A stretch of 64,000 nt of DNA from Eledone cirrhosa (Eukaryota), in NCBI GenBank assembly GCA_964016885.1, contig OZ024742.1, forward strand, positions 131,998,001 to 132,062,000, in the 5' to 3' direction. The notes below the pieces were generated by a model that worked only from the letters and a program-made list of their open reading frames with translations, was not told the DNA's origin and ran no database searches. The translations under genes and the position numbers were made by a program. Numbering within the stretch: the first letter of the stretch is position 1; each line of letters starts with the position of its first letter. Below are positions 14,161 through 27,686 of the stretch, piece by piece.

Positions 14161-14680
14161 AGGGACCAGCTAGTTTCTGGATGTAAAGTGTTAGCCCCAA
14201 TATAGACATGGCAGAATTGGCCAATATCTACACTGGGTAATATGTCGGCATTATTAAATCAAAGCTGCTGACAAGTAGTACAATTACCACCCTGAGGCTG
14301 TAACTGAAAGAGAAATGTAATAATTCTTTGGGACTTCCTGTACATAATGACCGGACCATAAAAACAAATAGACCAGACTTCATTGTAAAAGACCAACATG
14401 GCAAGGTCTGTTTATTAATTGATATGAGCATCCCATGTGATCACAATATCTCGGCAAAAGAATTTGACAAGCTAAGAAAATATAAAGAACTGCTTATTAA
14501 AATCGAAAGTATGTGGCACCTCAAGGCCGTTATAACACCAGATTGTCGGAGCAATGGAAATTATCAAGAAAGCAACAGAACAGTATTTGCAAACTATTCC
14601 TGGTTTACCCTTTCTGCAAGAGGTACATAAAATTGTTTTGACTGGTACTGCACATGTATTGAGTACAATATTATCTCTGT
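14160..14680 (+). pseudogene. R4-like restriction-like endonuclease fragment of another family
   Basis: ORF 14328-14630: TIKTNRPDFIVKD...LIDMSIPCD.NISAKEFDKLRKY. Confidence 0.75.
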
Positions 14681-14911
14681 GATATGATATCCCTCCTTGT
14701 GTGTATGTGTGAGTTGAGTAGAACACTATCTCTGTAAGAACGATATCCCTCAGAAAGAATGATAAGCAATAAATTATATTCAATGCGGTGTTAACTGGCT
14801 TACCAATGTATAAAGTGAATTTATTTACCCTAGGTGTCAAGAAGACACTCGGCATATATCAGAAATAATACTGAACGAAAAGGAAAAACAAAATAAATAA
14901 TGATAATAATA

Positions 14912-15128
14912 ATGTTTTCTACTATAGGGACAAGGCCAACAAATTTGGGAGAGGGAAAGTCGATTAAATTGAACCCAGTGCATTACTGGTACTTTATTTT
15001 ATCGACCCCGTACGGAAAAAAGGCAAAGATAATCTCGGCGAGATTTAAACGCAGAATGTAAAGGGCCGTAACTCAATGATGTGAAGCAGGGTGTCCGGCG
15101 CACTACCGATTCTGCCAATTCACCGCCA
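14912..15128 (-). mobile_element. SINE family 1, diverged
   Basis: cagtgcattactggtactttattttatcgaccccg core; 5' end ctgccaattcaccgcc. Confidence 0.75.
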
Positions 15129-15809
15129 AAATTATAAAAACAATGATAATAATAATAACAATAATAATTTTCCTCGGGTGTCAGGTTGACACCCAGCATG
15201 TTATGGGAAAGAAGCAAAATTGAAAGGAAGTTTAAAATAATAATAATAAGTATAGAAGTAAAATGAGATCGATAGACTAAAATGTGATCGATAGAGGATT
15301 GGAATGAAAAAAAAAGACAGAAGAAAAGAAGAATTAATATCAATCGGTGGCGAGTAAATGAACAATTCCAAGTACTTCCAGAGCACGCATGCTTTACTTT
15401 CAATGCCACCATTAAATCTACGTTTGAATTGCTATAATGTCCAACATCGGGTCATATATTTTCCTTCGGTCGGTTTTAAATGTGGAATTAGAATTAGATG
15501 CTTTTCTTTTCACAAACCATTTAGCGTAGGGTACAGGCTGTAGTTTTAAGAGCGAGAACAACTACAAGAGAACCAAATATCGCATGACTTATTGAACAGT
15601 TCAGTTGATGTTAACAACATCATTATGCCAGCAGATGTCACCAATTATCAATAGGGCTGAGCAAATGACGCATACAAATGATATTGTTGAAAGAGGAGAG
15701 GAAGGATACTATGCGTGGTTTTAACGATTAATTCAAAAGAAAATGCCGTGTCTCTTGCACAAACAAATATGTACATAACCTTTGCTATACACGCATATCT
15801 ATATGTATA

Positions 15810-16240
<431 letters not shown>

Positions 16241-17407
16241 ATATACGCATATGTCTATATACTTACACATATATGTCTATATATGTTAATGCCTATTTTC
16301 TTTTTACGAGTCTGTGTGTATGTAGGTGTGTGTGAATGTATAGCTGAAAATCAATAGATAGGAGAGCGATGAGAAATCATGAGAGATAGAAAGAGAAATA
16401 AAAAAAGAAAGAAAGAGAGAGAAAGGGAGAAAGTGAGAGAAAAGGAGAAAGAGTGAGGGAGATTTGTGTTTAGTAATTTATTTCCAAGTGTTTACAGTAT
16501 ATATAAGCTGTGATTTAAACAAACGGCTTGATTACACCTTTTTTCATATGTTTCATAGAATTTCAATAGATGAAACTCAAGAAAGAATTTAATAGAAAAG
16601 AGTAATATTGATGCCACCATCACTGTTATCGTCTATATCATTATCATCAGCCACGTACCTCTTCTTCTTCTTCTTCTTCTTCTTCTTCTTCTTCTTCTTC
16701 TTCTTCTTCTTCTTCTTCTTCTTTTTCTTCTTCTTCTTCTTCTTCTTCTTCTTCTTCTTCTTCTTCTTTATCATCACCATGATTGCCGACGTTGTCACCA
16801 GCGTCATCGTTATCATCTTCACCATCATCGTCATCATCACCACCATCACTATTGTAAACAACATCCAAGACACTAGAAACAATATCCACAAAAAGGTTTA
16901 GTGTCAAAACAGCAATAATGACCGTTCGTAGCCATCAAGATCAACAAGCTGCTATTTAGTTATTCCCTCATTTTGCCATCCCAGAATCAATAGCAACAAG
17001 TTATATGAATGAAATGAAAGAAAAAGAAAATAATGACTATTGCAATAGCAATAAAGATATCCATTAAACAATAAGAAAAATGGGAACTACAAAATTGCTG
17101 TTGCTTCGATCACTAAATTAACAGCGGTCATTGCAACAACAAAAGCAACAACAAATATAGAAACCGGTGTAACTACAGCAATCGCTATAAAAACAACATA
17201 TTCCTTACAACAACAGAATTGCAATGGTCAGTGTACAATAAAAACCGCTACTACAACCAGCAACAGCATTAATAAAGTTCTTGGAACGAAATTCGGAATT
17301 CGATCAGCTCTCCGTTAGATGCTTGTTCGTCTCTTCCCCCTCTCTCTCTCACTGTCCCAGCATCTCTCTCTCCTTTTCTCAATTTTTCTATGTATCTGCT
17401 TGTGTAC

Positions 17408-17477
<70 letters not shown>

Positions 17478-17570
17478 CAAGTATGACCCCAACGGCAGAA
17501 CTCTACTACCCTAAGTATTGAGTACTCTGGTGCGTTATGGTGCATCTGGTTCCTTACCACTAATCCATTG

Positions 17571-17618
<48 letters not shown>

Positions 17619-17749
17619 TCATTAGTTAAGCAAAACAAGACCACACATTTCACAAGGAAGACATTATTAAAAGATTGTCAACATATTTTAGTTTGATGTA
17701 AGGAATGTAGAGAATAATAATAATAATAATATTAATAATAATAATCTCC

Positions 17750-17868
17750 GTTTACAATTGTTTCGCTACTCCATATAATATTTTTGGATCAAATGACTAT
17801 ATATCATTATTGATCTGGTTCAGTTAAAAATAATTAACATATTTAAAAACATAGTGGCTCGTCGGAAC
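17750..17868 (-). ncRNA. Hammerhead with long stem II in the 3' region of a Naiad-like fragment (core CCGACGA)
   Basis: gtt-CCGACGA-gccact[long insert]agtagc-GAAAC-aatt-GTA-aac; palindromic stem III ACAATTGT. Confidence 0.55.
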
Positions 17869-18256
17869 TTCAAAGGAATATAAATTAAGATAAGGAGAGA
17901 ATGTTACATAATGTAATGTTCCATATATTGGTATTTCACTATGGTGTCCTGGCTGTATCAATTGTCAGCCATAATCAAGCAGTATTCATGTGTCGAGGCT
18001 GCATTGTGTGATATCTGCCTATGGGTAACAAGATGGCCGCCATTGGACATATTTATCTTACTAATTAGAGGGTCGTTTCAGGGGAAGTAACTCCTCGAGA
18101 GATTAGAAATTTTGGGTAGTTTATAGTTAAGTGCTAATTTTTTAATTTTTTAATTGAGAGACAATGTAGGGGAGGTAATTTATAATTATCTAAGTTAGTT
18201 ATAGCTATTTAACTTATTAGCTACAAGTAAAGATGAGGCTAAATGACTATGTTGGG

Positions 18257-18754
18257 TCAAATATTCTGTTGGCGATGTTGACAGATAATAGTTACCTCCG
18301 TTCTATCGTTAATCGGTAGAGGTCGTGATAGAGTTATGTAATATGATTCGGTAATACAGAGATCACAAGATTTTCTTCGTCTATTGAACGGTTGGGCCCT
18401 AGGTAAAATATCCCATGATAGTGAGTGTTCAATGTTGTTTAATTTATGGTTTTTAATGAGCCTAACTAGAGATGTCGAACATCTGTTGTTAGGGTCTCGG
18501 AAGGAAAAAGAGTGCGCGTTATAGCGTACATTAAAAGGGTTAGAGGTAGATCCGATATAGGAGCTGGTATTCGAAGCAGTTTTAACCGTGCACCTATAGA
18601 CTATGTTGGGTGTCAGGCAGTGTCCAATTAGTGGGCATGCATTAGGGTAACGGCAGTTGCAGTTGCTTCTGCGGTTAGTAAGAATAGGGTAGTTTAACCT
18701 AAGCGGTAGGTCAGTGCTAGAAGGATTAGATGGGGGAGGTGTGCAACTAGAGTA
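18257..18754 (-). pseudogene. 5'-truncated Naiad-like PLE GIY-YIG domain in an open frame missed by the ORF track
   Basis: Manual translation without stops: NCNCRYPNACPLIGHCLTPNIVYRCTV...SYIGSTSNPFNVRYNAHSFSF...LSWDILPRAQPFNRRRKSCDLCITE...CQHRQQNI*. Homologous to the 56861-58162 ORF. Confidence 0.85.
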
Positions 18755-19457
18755 AAATTTTAGTAAGTAAGTTGATTTTTAATTTTTAAAATTTTCTTAT
18801 TTTACGTCTTTCATATAATTGTTCTGCACCCCCCCTGCATATAACCACATCGGTACTAAGACATAACTTATATATTTGCTAGCATGAGTGTACATCTGTA
18901 CACATATGTTGGAAGATGTACTAATTCTCTATATTTATCTCCAAATTATTTGTTGAGCAAAACTTGCCAAAATTTACTGCTGTTTCATGGCAGTAGTAGG
19001 CTCTTGTCATAATACCACCCCGCTCCTAACTGATTAACCTCGGTGTCACGTGATTGATTCTTTAGAATCTGCCACTGACCGGAAGCATTGACATTTTTTC
19101 AGTGCTCAGAATTTAGTCCTCGCTAGCTTTATTTCATCCACTGAATTATTATTTTTATATGGGTTCCTAGTGTCCGCTCATTGCCTGAGAACTTAACTGA
19201 GAATAGAATCCCTGATGACGTAAAGAATTCACTATAGTTATATTATGTAACTATATTTATCCCATTACAGAAACTAATTAGTTGGAGTGAAAAGTTTAGT
19301 AAGTTGATTTTTAATTTTTATAATTTTCTTATTTTACGTCTTTCATATAATTGTTCTGCCCCCCCCCCCCTGCATAGAACCACATCGGTACTTAGACATA
19401 ACTTATATATTTGCTAGCATGAGTGTACATCTGTACACATATGTTGGTAGATGTACT

Positions 19458-19465
<8 letters not shown>
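18750..19465 (+). mobile_element. Retrozyme/pLTR-like partial tandem, ~535-bp period, with hammerhead
   Basis: 18750-18930 recurs at 19284-19465; HHR at 19207-19288. Confidence 0.8.
19207..19288 (+). ncRNA. Type I hammerhead with extended stem II (GUU)
   Basis: aatcc-CTGATGA-cgtaa[tatagttata/taactata hairpin]ttaca-GAAAC-taatta-GTT-ggagt. Confidence 0.7.
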
Positions 19466-19543
<78 letters not shown>

Positions 19544-19553
19544 CCGCTCTCTC

Positions 19554-19639
<86 letters not shown>

Positions 19640-19646
<7 letters not shown>

Positions 19647-20710
19647 ATACTTGGGGAGGGTCATATTTGTGTAATATTGCCAGACTTAATAACAGAACAG
19701 ACTCACTGTTTGGTTGGTTTTCGCTTTTCGCTTCTGTGTCTTTTATATCGGTAATCTAATTTATTCGGTCCTCAATGCTGCCATTGACTGACCAACGGTC
19801 AAAAATAATACAGATACAATATAGACACAAACACAATAATATAGTTTTTCAAAGTTCTTTCGTTGCACATCTGCAACATCGTCAGTGGTGCTATTGTTTT
19901 CTCCCGTTACATTGTATTTTGTATTTTTTACGCCATCTTTATTTAGTCTGTTTATATATTTATTTATTTGTTTATTTTATTTTGTCTTCTTTGCGCATGC
20001 GTTTGCGTGTGTGTATAGTGTTTTGTTTGATGTGTGTTCGTGATTGGGTGTATTGGTTAATATGTTCTATCTTTACTAGTGTGTATTTATATGTGTTTGT
20101 TGTTATTGTGCTTGTGTATGTTTTCATTTATTTATTTATCTATTTATTTATTTATTTATTTATACTTCTCTTAGGTCAGTGTTGTTTGTTTGGGTGTTGT
20201 TGTTATTCCATTCATTCTGTCTGTTTAGCCTTGGCCTTCTATGTTCTATTTCACTGGCCTCTCTGATTTGCCTATCTGCTGGGTCATTTCTATGTTAAGA
20301 TATTATTCTAATTTCTATGTTGTCTATGTTTCCGTCGTGTTGTTGTCGGGCATGTTCGTATAGTACTGATATGTTTTTTCGTCCTTTTTAGTTCCCCCCA
20401 GTGTTGGTCTATCCTTTCACCTATGCTACGAGCTGTCTCGCCTATGTATGTTGTTGTCATGTTTCTGCAAGTACCCTCTGTACATCTTATGCTATAGACT
20501 ACGTTTCTAGTTTTACAGTTTATCCGGGGGTTTACCTTACATATGATACATTTCCTATTAGTACAGTGGGTTTTCTTAAAAGGGTAGGTTTTGCTGATCA
20601 GGGATTTTATGGTGGTTCCTGGCTTTTCGACCACCTTAATCTTTAAGTGGGTCTTTCTCAGGGCCTTTCTACACTGGTTAGCTAATTTCCCTCCAGGGGT
20701 AGCGTCCAAG
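19640..20710 (-). mobile_element. 5'-truncated Nematis-like PLE (Cys linker, GIY-YIG, 3' UTR); inverted arm at ~21140-21262
   Basis: ORF 20308-20733: TPGGKL..KVVEKPG..PF..CTNRKCIIC..CKTRNVVYSIRC..YIGETARSIGERIDQH. 19640-19700 is the reverse complement of ~21195-21262. HHR core CTGACGA-gttgca/tgcaac-GAAA-gaac-TT at ~19849-19888 has a weak stem I. Clade assigned by motif recall only. Confidence 0.8.
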
Positions 20711-20779
20711 TATAACAATATTTGTTTCGACACACGATTTCATATCAAAAACCTCGCAAAACTATATATATATATATAT

Positions 20780-21120
<341 letters not shown>

Positions 21121-21256
21121 ATATATATAACGGCGATGAATTAGTTTTGCGAGGTTTTTGAAATGAAATCATGTGTCGAAACAAATATTCTTATACAGTG
21201 TGTTCTGTTATTAATTCTGGCAATACTATTATACAAATATGACCCTCCCCAAGTAT

Positions 21257-21301
<45 letters not shown>

Positions 21302-21396
21302 TCAGCCGTTAATATGCATAATTAGGCTGTTGATCCGTTAATATCCATAAGGAAAGTATATGCTGGCAGACGTTCAACCATCTGGCAGGAAGGTAT

Positions 21397-21439
21397 ACGA
21401 TGCTGACGATAGCTAATAAGCTTGAAACTAGTACATCGT
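21397..21439 (+). ncRNA. Minimal type I hammerhead (GUA)
   Basis: acgatg-CTGACGA-t agct aata agct t-GAAAC-ta-GTA-catcgt. Confidence 0.9.
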
Positions 21440-21836
21440 TCCTGTGTCCGTGTTGAACAAAAAGGTGACGTGGTTGCCTAAACACTGTACGGCGTAATTC
21501 GGGCTGTTTGTTTGTTTACAAACAAACCGAGCATTATAATAAATGTTCGGTTAACCGATACGTGCATATATATATATGTGTGCATGTATCTATATATATA
21601 CATACTACTGTACGTCTGTATACATATATGTATGTACGTATACATACATACTTACATTTAAGTAACTGCCGTACTAAGAGTGAGAAATGAAATTTCGTTT
21701 CATTCTATTCCATTTATCGATTTCGGTGCGCCCGGCCGACTAAACTCACTCGATATGCAAATTAGGCTGTTGAGCCGTTAATATGCATAAGGAAAGTATA
21801 TACTTTCAGACGTTCAACCATCTGGCAGAAAGGTAT

Positions 21837-21879
21837 ACGATGCTGACGATAGCTAATAAGCTTGAAACTAGTACATCGT
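21837..21879 (+). ncRNA. Minimal type I hammerhead (GUA), second unit
   Basis: Identical to 21397-21439. Confidence 0.9.
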
Positions 21880-22044
21880 TCCTTTGTCAGTGTTGAACAA
21901 AAGGATGACGTGGTTGCCTAATTATAATAAATGTTCGGTAAACCGATATGTGCATATATATGTGTGCATGTATGTATATATATATACATACTACTGTAAT
22001 CTGTATACAAATTTCGTTTCATTCTATTCTATATATATATATAT

Positions 22045-22360
22045 GCGTGGGAAAGTACAAAATCGGAGAATAGACCGTTAAAACATATTTATTTAAAACA
22101 GCACCTACGTACGTTTCGCCCAGTTGGGATTCTCAAGGGCATAAATAATCAAAAGTATTCCTTATATTGCTCGGAAAGAGTTTTTGGGGTTAAATCCACA
22201 TCAAGGTTCATTGCTCACAAAAATATCTTGTTTTGATTTTGCAGCAGGTCAAGGGAGGTAACTCTGGCCGGTGTTAGGGCAGTCTTTCCCGGACAAATTT
22301 TGCAAGGATTGTATCACCTATCCTCCCCTTTTTTTCTCATTCTCGATACGTAAATACTGT
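22045..22360 (-). mobile_element. pLTR-like fragment with degenerate hammerhead (22101-22141)
   Basis: tgcc-CTTGAGAA-tcccaactgggc-GAAAC-gtac-GTA-ggtg; palindromic stem III ACGTACGT; non-canonical 5' core. Confidence 0.5.
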
Positions 22361-22464
22361 ATATATATATATACATATTTGAAAAAAAGGAAAAGAATGA
22401 CTTCACTCGTAGTTCTAAGCAATTTGATTTAATTTTATAATATTATATTTATACAGAGACACAG

Positions 22465-22514
<50 letters not shown>

Positions 22515-22605
22515 CACATAAACAAAATTATAATTTTATTTTTCGCTCTCACATAGCGAATTAAGTAAAGTATTTATGATTTTTATATCATATAATAATA
22601 GTAAT

Positions 22606-22792
22606 AATTGTTTCTACTTTAGGCACAAGGCCAGCATTACCCTGTGCATTACTGGTAGTTTATTTTATCGACCCCGTAAGGATGAAATGCAAAGTCAACC
22701 TCAGCGGGATTTGAACTCAGATCGTAAAGGGACGTAACTATGCTGGAAAGCATGGCGCCCGACCTTCTACTGATACTGCCAATCCAGCGCCC
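22606..22792 (-). mobile_element. SINE family 1
   Basis: Near-identical to 20935-21120. Confidence 0.9.
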
Positions 22793-24257
22793 TATAATAA
22801 TAGTAATAATAAGCAATCACTTTGGAAGGAAACAGCCACATTACGGTATCTTTTTTTTCCTGATGACCATGTTCGTTCAACAGTGACATCAAAGAACAAT
22901 CAACATGTTTCTGGGTTATTGCCCTTTGTCAAGACGTTGTTCATAATAAAATATAGCGTAATCTCTCTCTCGCTCTCTCTCACACAACTTATTTGGAGGC
23001 AATCGAAAAAGAGAGGAGTGGGCTCTACATGTTTCAGAATGCCGATGGCACAGTGTGTGCCAGAAAGTTGCCCCTACGACTCTTTCAGATGTTAAGAAAG
23101 CTTTACCATTTGTTAAAACAATACATTATTCTCAATATATTTGTATTTCGTTCTAGTATCTCTGATGACAAGGGGCGATTAGTGTTCCATTTGACCGAAT
23201 CTGGGACATCATGTTGGTGAAATTAACGAGCAAGTGGCCAAACATTCCACAAACACGTGAACATTCAATCTACTACTAAGAGTGATTCAGTGTGATATAG
23301 CTTGATAGCACTGGCCCATTGAATTACAGATATTCTAAATTGTTTTTATCTGAGTGAATACAAAGTAAAAGAGAGTGCCTTGTAGAAGCATAAACCGAAA
23401 CCAACTGAACTCGCAACTTTACATGCAGTCACAGACACTAACCACTAAGCCACGTACTTTCATTTGTATGTATGTGTATTTCTCTGTACTGACATTTTTT
23501 CCTATATATCGTGCATGTATCTATGTATATATGTATATGTAAGCATACGTGTCTGTTCAATGTTACAATCTCCACTCCATAATAGAAGAACATTATTTCC
23601 ACGTATAAAACCACCGTATTCCATGATTAAATCACATAAAATTAATTCGTGTTTCGAAAGTGCTGACATTTCAAAGTCACTATGAAGAAAAAAAATACTA
23701 AGCTAAACAAAGAATCCACAGAATATATCTAAATTTAAATTATAAAACGTGTGACGAAATGTCACGACCAGCAAGTAATGGTTAATCTTTTTATGATTAA
23801 AAAAAATCTTTATGGTTTCCTTATTTACATATTTATGTTTCGTAATTTTGATTGAAAACCCGTTCATACATACTAATTATTCCAGTTTTCAACTTTGTTT
23901 TATTCCAATGTCCTCATTTGTATATTTTACTTTAATGTCTAGATTTTGTTCTATGTTTCTTTTACTTACATGCACGTAAAACAAATGAAATCAACACATG
24001 CATCCACTTATCTAAGCTTTCATTCCTTTCTACTTCCAACGAGGCCTTAAGGGTATTCAACATAATGATTTCAGTTGTACATTTTGTTTAAAAGAGCATT
24101 CCTAAACATGTATTCAATGTTAAAGTTTTATAGGTTTTCATAAGTCAGCAAGTAAGTATGTATGAATGTATCTATGTATGTATGAAGGTATCTATGTATG
24201 TATCTATGTATCTATGTTAGTAAGGTAGTGATGTAGCGAAAATAGGTTTATATACAC

Positions 24258-24344
<87 letters not shown>

Positions 24345-24362
24345 CATATGCATGAATATATG

Positions 24363-24397
<35 letters not shown>

Positions 24398-26799
24398 ATG
24401 TGTTAGTGCGCATGTGTGTATATATTATATATCTGTATGTATGTCTGTGTCTGTACGTCTCTGAATGTGTGTGTGTATTTTGATCAGTGCTTTAGGAAAC
24501 ACATAAATTTTATCAGATGACTTGGATTATTGTAATGTACGTTGTTGAAGAGAATAAACAAACATACAAACACAAATGCGATAAAAACTGTATATTCGTT
24601 TTATTCTTCCAATAATCGTTTGCTATGGGTTACATCTGAGTTTTATTTCAAATGTTGTCTTCATACATCAAGTCTTTCTCTTGTTCCGTATTCGTATCCT
24701 TCTTTCCTCCTATGTTATCTGCTATACTACACTAATGTGATATACTTTATGTTTGAGATTGACACAAATAATCAAAATATTAAGGGCCTCGAAAACGGAA
24801 AGCTGTAATGTATGTCCATGGCTAACGTAATCGTAATGAAAAGGTACTAAACACGAATCACAATTTGATCATGATTTTGCCACACTATGCTTTTAATAAC
24901 AACATCACAGCTTTCAATACATAGATTTTCTGATAACATCTGTTTAACATGTTTTTAATTTCCCAAACGTGAAAAAAAAAAAAAAAATATTCGTCGTCAT
25001 TATTTGCCTGAAATCGGAACACTTCAAAATTATTCGATTTTGAGATCTTTAAACACGTAATAATATTGCAAAAAAAAACAACTTCCTTCTCCATTTTTCG
25101 TTCTCCCGATAGAAATACTGAGAGTTCTACACTCAGTGTTCAGCACTTAACATTCTATGTATGTGTCTTATTGTTTCACTAGAGAGGATGAGACTACTAG
25201 TCAGCAAGCACGTGGCTTATTAGAATTGTGAGATTTTGTGTTCGATTTCAAGATCGAGCTGTACGTGGCTCTAGTTGTAAAGTCACGGTAAATATTGGTG
25301 GCGTGGAAAGGAAAGACTGGTATGTATGGGTGACTGCTGTTTACCTACAAAAAACACCTTGCCTGCATATTTGGCTCGGAAAATTTTCTAGATGCAAAAC
25401 TCTTTAATGAAATTACTTATGCTGCAGCTATTTCTGTGTATATACCTATTTTATGTGTTGTGTCTGAGTTAGAGACAGTGGAATTTTTATAAATTGTTTT
25501 CGAGTGACTGTATATAAGCGCTATTGCTTTTTCTGCTTTTGGCATTGATATTTCTATGGCTTCTAGAATGTTCTGAAAGGCTTTTTGTAATGGGGCTGCT
25601 TGATTCTTGATTTTGTAAAGTTTCTCAATATTTACAAGGCTAATTCTCCGATTTTACATGTCATCCAGACGTGAAATACATAATTGTGTGTGTCAAATAC
25701 ATCTTTCGAACGACAATCTCCAAATTGTCTCCTCATCTGGCATTTTGTATTTAAGACTACTTTATAGTATATACATTCGCCATCTACATTTATGAGTGTA
25801 TGATACGATTTAAAGAAGGTAGGGCAAATTTTCTGAGATTCATTTGTTAGTTCGACATTCTGTTTATACCTTTCGAATATAATTGAAACGAAAGGTTACT
25901 CAATGAGAAATATAACAAGGTCAGATTCAACTCAACTACTGTTTATTGAAAATACAATTTCTCTTGACACATCAATTTCCATATTGGAATTCAGTCGCGA
26001 AAAGATGATTTTGATAAATTTCCAATTTTCCGAAATAAAATACAGAAAAACATCGGCATTACATGATGTAATAGAATGTCATCTGAAGATAGAACATGAC
26101 AAATTGTTAAATTTCATAATCTTCACATAGGCCACATTACTCTACGAATAAATTATCCTGCGTACTTTTTAAGAGATTTCATATAAATCTTTTTCCTAAT
26201 TCGTAATATTTTTTCCAATCTACACTTCCTACAATAAATATTTTTTGCATTGTGAAAACGTAGCTTCTAAACGCTTGCTCTTTAATTTGGAACATACATC
26301 AATATCATTGAACAGGTAAAGAAATCAGGGTTGATATATTAATTAATTGTTCATTCAACTTGTGGTCTAATCATATGTTATGTCAGGAGTAACAAAACTT
26401 TTCATACACCCGAATGCATTTAATTTAGTGCAATCCAGGGATAAATGAAAATCATTGCTGCGAAAACTGAGACACATATCTGAGTTCAAATCCCATCAAA
26501 GTTTACTTTGCCTTACCGGGTCGATAATATAAAATATTAGCCATGCACTGGGATAATTGTTAGCCTTGTTCCAAAAGTAGAAACAATTATCAATATTTGA
26601 TTAGTTTGCATGCAAATAGCCTCAAACTATTGTCAATAAACCTAAAAAACAACAACAACAAAACACGTCATGTGTCCTAGACAACTAACGTCATCCCTTT
26701 GTTTCAGCGGAACAAATGTATATTGTGTCCCTCTCTGCTCTCGCTGGAACAAATGATGACGTTAACCATCTGGAAGAAATGGCGTTAAGAGGCTGTTTT

Positions 26800-26980
26800 G
26801 ACAGTATCGGTAGAGGGTCGGAGGTCACGCTTTGCAGCAAAGAGTTACGGCCCTCTAAACTCTGAGTTCAAATCCCGCTGCGGTTAACTTTGCCTCTCAT
26901 CTTTACGGGGTCGATAAAATAAAGTATCAGTGATAGACTGGGATAATTGCTCGCCTTGTGCCAAAAGTAGAAACAATTAT
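26800..26980 (+). mobile_element. SINE family 1 (a further deleted copy at ~26480-26590)
   Basis: cagtatcggtagagggtcgg head, gagttcaaatcc, cggggtcgataaaataaag. Confidence 0.85.
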
Positions 26981-27686
26981 TATTATTCACTCATGAATAA
27001 TATACGTATCCGCTATGTTAGAGGGAAGAGAAATTTCGTTTTTAATTTTCGACAAATTGAGCCGTAAAATCCGATGTAAATTAGGTATGTTAATTAGGCT
27101 AATAATTCGATGTATACTTTAGAGAATAATATATATTTTCAAGAATTCCAGAGGGTAGAAGAAAAGGGAGAAATACACGAGTAACGAATAACTAGTAATA
27201 ATGATGAAGTGTGAAGTGAAAATCATAAGGTACGTGGATTTCTTTTTATTAGCAATACTGGCAACATGACCTCTCCCAAATATAGACAGTCGACCGTATA
27301 GAGCTAGTAAGCCACGATAGACTAGAGGAAGTATCTAGTACCCCTTGTAGTTAATACCTAAAAGAAAGATAGACAGAGTTTAAAAGATGGGGATGGTCAA
27401 CGGGAAGCAAAAGAGGCAGAAGATATTGAGGATCAAACCTGGAAAACAAGGAACGCTGCAACCAGTTAAATGTTGCTGTTGTTGTATCTTATCGTAACCT
27501 TGTTTATAGTTGGTTTATATATTTCCCGGCTATTTATGTTTAGATGTCAGATTCTGCCGAAGGGGCAACTACCATGAACTACTACTCAAGTACACGGTTC
27601 ACTTACATGGATTACACAGCCCACACATTGCTGTCCTTGTGCTTGAATTAGGAATCATTCTTCTTCTTCTTCTTCTTATTATTATT

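Larger units (their letters stand above)
21298..22030 (+). mobile_element. Retrozyme-like tandem repeat family R2 (440-bp unit)
   Basis: Two identical HHRs 440 bp apart, no coding capacity, bounded by (TA)n. Confidence 0.85.

Noticed and set aside
25400-26300. Possible very old PLE RT remnant on the minus strand (NLPYL, IYYK)
   Set aside because: Too few motifs to support without a profile search.
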